64,000 nt of DNA from positions 133 to 64,132 of the forward strand of contig VHCW01000016.1 in the NCBI GenBank assembly GCA_016871575.1, written 5' to 3'. The position numbers and the translations under genes are program-made. The first letter of the stretch is position 1, and every line of letters begins with the position of its first letter. Below are positions 60,801 through 64,000 of the stretch, one piece after another. The notes below the pieces were generated by a model. That model was not told the origin of the DNA, did no database searches, and was given only the letters and a program-made list of their open reading frames with translations. The stretch is from Verrucomicrobiota bacterium (GTDB lineage: Bacteria > Verrucomicrobiota > Verrucomicrobiia > Palsa-1439).

Positions 60801-60920
60801 GGTGCAGTTCGAAGTTTTGGGCAACCGCTCAATGTGGAGCAGGTTTGCAACCTGCTCTTCAATGACAACCTGGCAGGTTACAAACCTGCCCCACATTCCT
60901 GCCCAAAAGATTGAACTGCA
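60801..60920. repeat. Large imperfect palindrome (two ~55-bp arms around an 11-bp centre) in the spacer between two co-oriented genes
   Basis: Left arm GTGCAGTTCGAAGTTTTGGGCAA...GCAGGTTTGCAACCTGC; right arm is its near reverse complement. Each arm also contains its own sub-hairpin. Confidence 0.5.
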
Positions 60921-60921
60921 C

Positions 60922-63403
60922 CTCAACGGGCCAGCGTGTTGAAATCGCTCCATGCCGGGACACCCCATTTCGGGCGGACAATTTCTCCGCGCGCCTGTTT
61001 CTCGATGTCGCTATAGGCGCCGTAGAAGTTGCTGTTGCAATCGAGCCAGAGTGTGACGCGCCGCATTTGTTCCGGTGTCAGCTTCACGTTGTGGTGGCCC
61101 TTCGTGAGCATCACATAGAGACTGGACGCTTTGGCGCCGACTTTGCCGGGAACCGAGTACTGCGGTTCTTTCAATGCGATTCCGTTCCCGCCGCTCATGC
61201 CCCATGCCCGGCTGCGCAGCGTATGGAACGCATCCGACCATCCGTGCTTGTCAAAGCGGTCGCCGCGAAGGCTTGGCGCAGTGGTGGCGTTCTTGTCGTG
61301 GCAGGGGACGCATTTGGCAGTCAGCACCGGTTGGACCAGGCGCGGGAAGGTGAGCGGGTAGGAGCCGGTCGGTCCGGGCTGGAGTTTCGAGGGGGGACGG
61401 TTCATGGCCAGCGGGCGTTCGCTTTCGGGGCGGTTGAAGGAAGTGTGCTTGGGTTCGTGGCATCCGACGCAGGTGAGTGTTTCGCCCGGATGCAGGTAGG
61501 TGGACGAGCGCATGGTCTGGACGGCGAGGCCGTTTTCGTCGAGCGCCTGGAAATAGATCGGGGCGCCAGTGGGGACTTCGAAATAGGCGCTGCCGTCAGC
61601 TTCCACCGGCGCCGTGCCGAGAACGCCGCGGGCCAGCGATTGGGAGGCGACGCCAATGTTGGGTTGGTTGGCGACGGAGTTCTCCTTGGCGAAAAGGTTG
61701 ATCACGCGGAGCGCCTTGATTTTTGTTCCGGCCGGCCAAGGGTGGTAGCTTTCATAGACGTTCATCACCATGACGGTGCCGGTGGACAGGTCGGCATCGG
61801 CGGGCCGGTCGGCTTTTGCCTGGATGGTTTTGATGGGCAGCACCGGCGGGCGCACGCGCGGCTTCAGCGGAATCGGATCGAGACAGGCGATCTTGTCGTC
61901 GCGATAGAGCAGTTCGCGGTTGCCAAAGCTATCGAGCAGATAAATCCCGTAGTTCTTCTTGTCCGGGTCATAGACGACCAGATGGAAGTCTTCGTTGATC
62001 GGCCAGGGGGTGCCGTACACTTCGGCGTTGGGAGAGTGCTTGCCTTTTGCGTGTGGCACACCGGGGGCGGACTCTGATTCGGCGAAGGGAACTTCGGGCG
62101 TGAGGCGCTTGATTTGGCTGGTCGCGCGGTCGTCCTTCTCGCGCAGGTCAATCAACACCAGCGTGCCATACGCCTCGCCGTGGTGCGCGCCGGTCACGGC
62201 GATGTATTTTGGAGAGTGTGGCACGGCGCGAATGGACATTTCCATCCACGGACGCATCTCGCGGCGGTCCGGATAGTTGCCGTGATAACTGCGCGGGTCG
62301 CGTCCGTCTGGATAACAATGCCAGATGTGATGCGCCACGTCCGAATCGCGATCCACGTAGTCCCATCGCGTATAGACGATCATTCCGTTGTGGTCCACGC
62401 TGGGGTGCCATTCGTTCGTGTCGTGGTAGCTGAGCGTAATGATGTCGCTGCCGTCCGGCTGCATCGCGTGGAGCGTGTACGTGGGGTCGGGGCGGAACCC
62501 GCAACGGAGTTGTCCGCCGATCCGCGTCGAGATGAAAACGATGCGCCCATTGGGCAGGAAACAAGGATCGAAATCATTGTACGGCCCGTCGGTCAATTGC
62601 GTCAGCCCGGAGCCGTTCACGTCCATCTTGAACAAGTGATAACAGGTCTCCGGGCGGAAATGATAGAAGGCATGTTTCGGATCCCGTTTCGCATCGGCTT
62701 CCGACCAGACATTCGGATCGTACGTCATTCCCGGTGGCAACTCATGCTCTGCCTCGGTGAATGCGAACAACAGCGTGCGCGCATCGTAGTCGAGTTCCAG
62801 CGCGATGAACCCGCCTTGATCTTCGAGCGAGCGTCCCCTGAGCCGTCCGTTGGCGACGGGTGTGTTGGCTGTCAGGCTGCGCACGGTCGGACGGTCGCTG
62901 AACGGCTTCTCCAGCACAAAAACGCCACCGGCTTTCTCGGCGGTGAATCCGAAATACTGGTCCACCATGTGACGGTCACCGCGGACCTGTTTGTTGTGCT
63001 TGAGGAACACAATCTTGTCGAAGTCGAGCAACGGATTCTTGAATGCGATCCGGCGGCGCAACGCCAGAATCTTGTCGAACCCCTCGCGTGACGCTGTTGC
63101 TGATTTCAGCGCATCGAGTTCCTGTTGCTCCGCCGACAAATCCGGGGCGCGTTCCATTGTCTTGAGGTGACGCAACAATGCCGCCGTGCGCCGCCATGCG
63201 ATATCGCCCGGTGTGCGGTCGGTTGGCAGGATCAGCGCGTCTGGTCGCAACGCTTCCTTGGCGAGACGTTGTTGGTTCCACTTCGCGCTTTGCTTGATCT
63301 CGTTTTCCAGCAAGGCAAACTCATCCGCCCAGCCGCTGGCTGTCAGCAAGAACAACAGGAATACAATGGAACAGACTCTTGTCATTGAAACGCGTGAAAC
63401 CAT
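60922..63403 (-). CDS. Exported beta-propeller protein with C-terminal di-heme c-type cytochrome module (two CxxCH sites; Planctomycete-cytochrome-like)
   Basis: Signal peptide MTRVCSIVFLLFLLTASGWA; TolB-like propeller repeats; CVGCH and CVPCH near the C-terminus. Start at MVSRVS with GAAGG 9 nt upstream. Confidence 0.65.
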
Positions 63404-63511
63404 ATCAGAAGCCTTCGACGCCGGCGAGGTGAAACCCTTCAAGCAGACTGCCCCGAAATCCGTACAATGTTCTGTAGCCGCAACAACGCGCAAGAGGGCG
63501 CGAAGACGCGA

Positions 63512-63536
63512 AGGATGGAACCACGGAATAGACGGA
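63512..63536 (-). promoter_or_regulatory. 9-bp-phased heptad triplet (TTCCGTG-like x3 on the coding strand) 108 bp upstream of the 63403 start; second copy at 63739-63763, degenerate copy at 63589-63613
   Basis: CACGGAA / GACGGAA / CACGGAT at 63512, 63521, 63530. A direct ~45-bp repeat (about 80% identical) at 63496-63545 and 63723-63770 carries the two clean triplets. Confidence 0.4.
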
Positions 63537-63617
63537 AGACACGGATGGGACGAACACCGAAGGCGCGAAGGCAATTAGCCACAAAGAACACGAAAGCACA
63601 CAAAAAACGGAAACATC

Positions 63618-63651
63618 CTTCTTGTGAATTGTTGTGTTTTTAGTGGCCAAG
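63618..63651 (-). repeat. Copy 2 (inverted) of the A-rich GCCACTAAAAACACAACAAT(Y)CACAA(R)AAG repeat
   Basis: Reverse complement of 63618-63651 matches 45317-45350. Confidence 0.5.
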
Positions 63652-64000
63652 AAGAATCCCCATCACAACGGCAGAGTGAATAGCCACGGAGAACGCGAAG
63701 ACGGGCTTGTCCGCCATAGCTTTAGCGAAGGTGGGAACCACGGAAGACACAGAATACACGGATTGGATGGCCGCAATAACGGGCAAAGCCGAGTCCGACG
63801 GAGCCGAATCAGATGAGACGCCACACGCAGTATTCCCGTGGCAAACGCCGAGGGGGCAGGGCGGCAAAAGCGCAAAGGTTCCGGTGCTGACCGCTGACCG
63901 CTTCTCGCTTCCTGCTGCCGGCTGATTGCTGATAACTGACCGCTTCCCGGATTTACCGGGTGATGGGAGAGCGGAAAGCCATTCCAGCGGCGGGGCGGAA

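Overview
High-GC (~62%) bacterial chromosomal window, gene-dense on both strands. The gene content is typical of a PVC-superphylum (Verrucomicrobia/Planctomycetes-like) polysaccharide degrader. This lineage guess rests only on content: GH95, GH10, a CE15-like esterase, Tat-exported Gfo/Idh/MocA oxidoreductases, fused SecDF, LL-DAP aminotransferase, and a di-heme CxxCH/beta-propeller protein. The outstanding feature is a complete diversity-generating retroelement (DGR) between the riboflavin operon and a tRNA-Val gene. It has a lipoprotein target with an FGE-sulfatase (C-type-lectin-fold) domain carrying a 143-bp variable repeat (VR, 9227-9369), an Avd-like accessory gene, a DGR-type reverse transcriptase ([I/L]GxxxSQ and YxDD motifs), and a 143-bp template repeat (TR, 10938-11080) that sits, unusually, downstream of the RT. 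VR and TR align without gaps. Within the 143-bp body, 13 of 14 substitutions fall on TR adenines, and 12 TR AAY (Asn) codons correspond to the mismatched positions. A GC hairpin lies 25 bp downstream of the VR. A vapBC toxin-antitoxin pair with tandem operator repeats, two hypothetical exported-protein genes, and tRNA-Val(CAC) follow. A paralogous FGE-domain gene 8 kb away is not a TR match. Other content is housekeeping and carbohydrate-related: ftsY, PHP, nusB, ribH, ribBA, nadB, qor, panC, dapL, folA/thyA, clpC-mcsB-mcsA (without ctsR), ilvE, tgt, yajC, secDF, recJ, rpmB; plus a block of Tat-signal periplasmic oxidoreductases whose 5' ends share a near-identical ~70-120 bp cassette. Non-coding signals worth a second look: 9-bp-phased TTCCGTG heptad triplets ~110-120 bp upstream of two exported-protein genes, a ~35-bp A-rich repeat present twice in inverted orientation, and a ~120-bp near-perfect palindrome between two co-oriented genes. 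No CRISPR array, rRNA or transposase was seen. All calls come from reading the sequence and ORF translations by eye; no database search was run.
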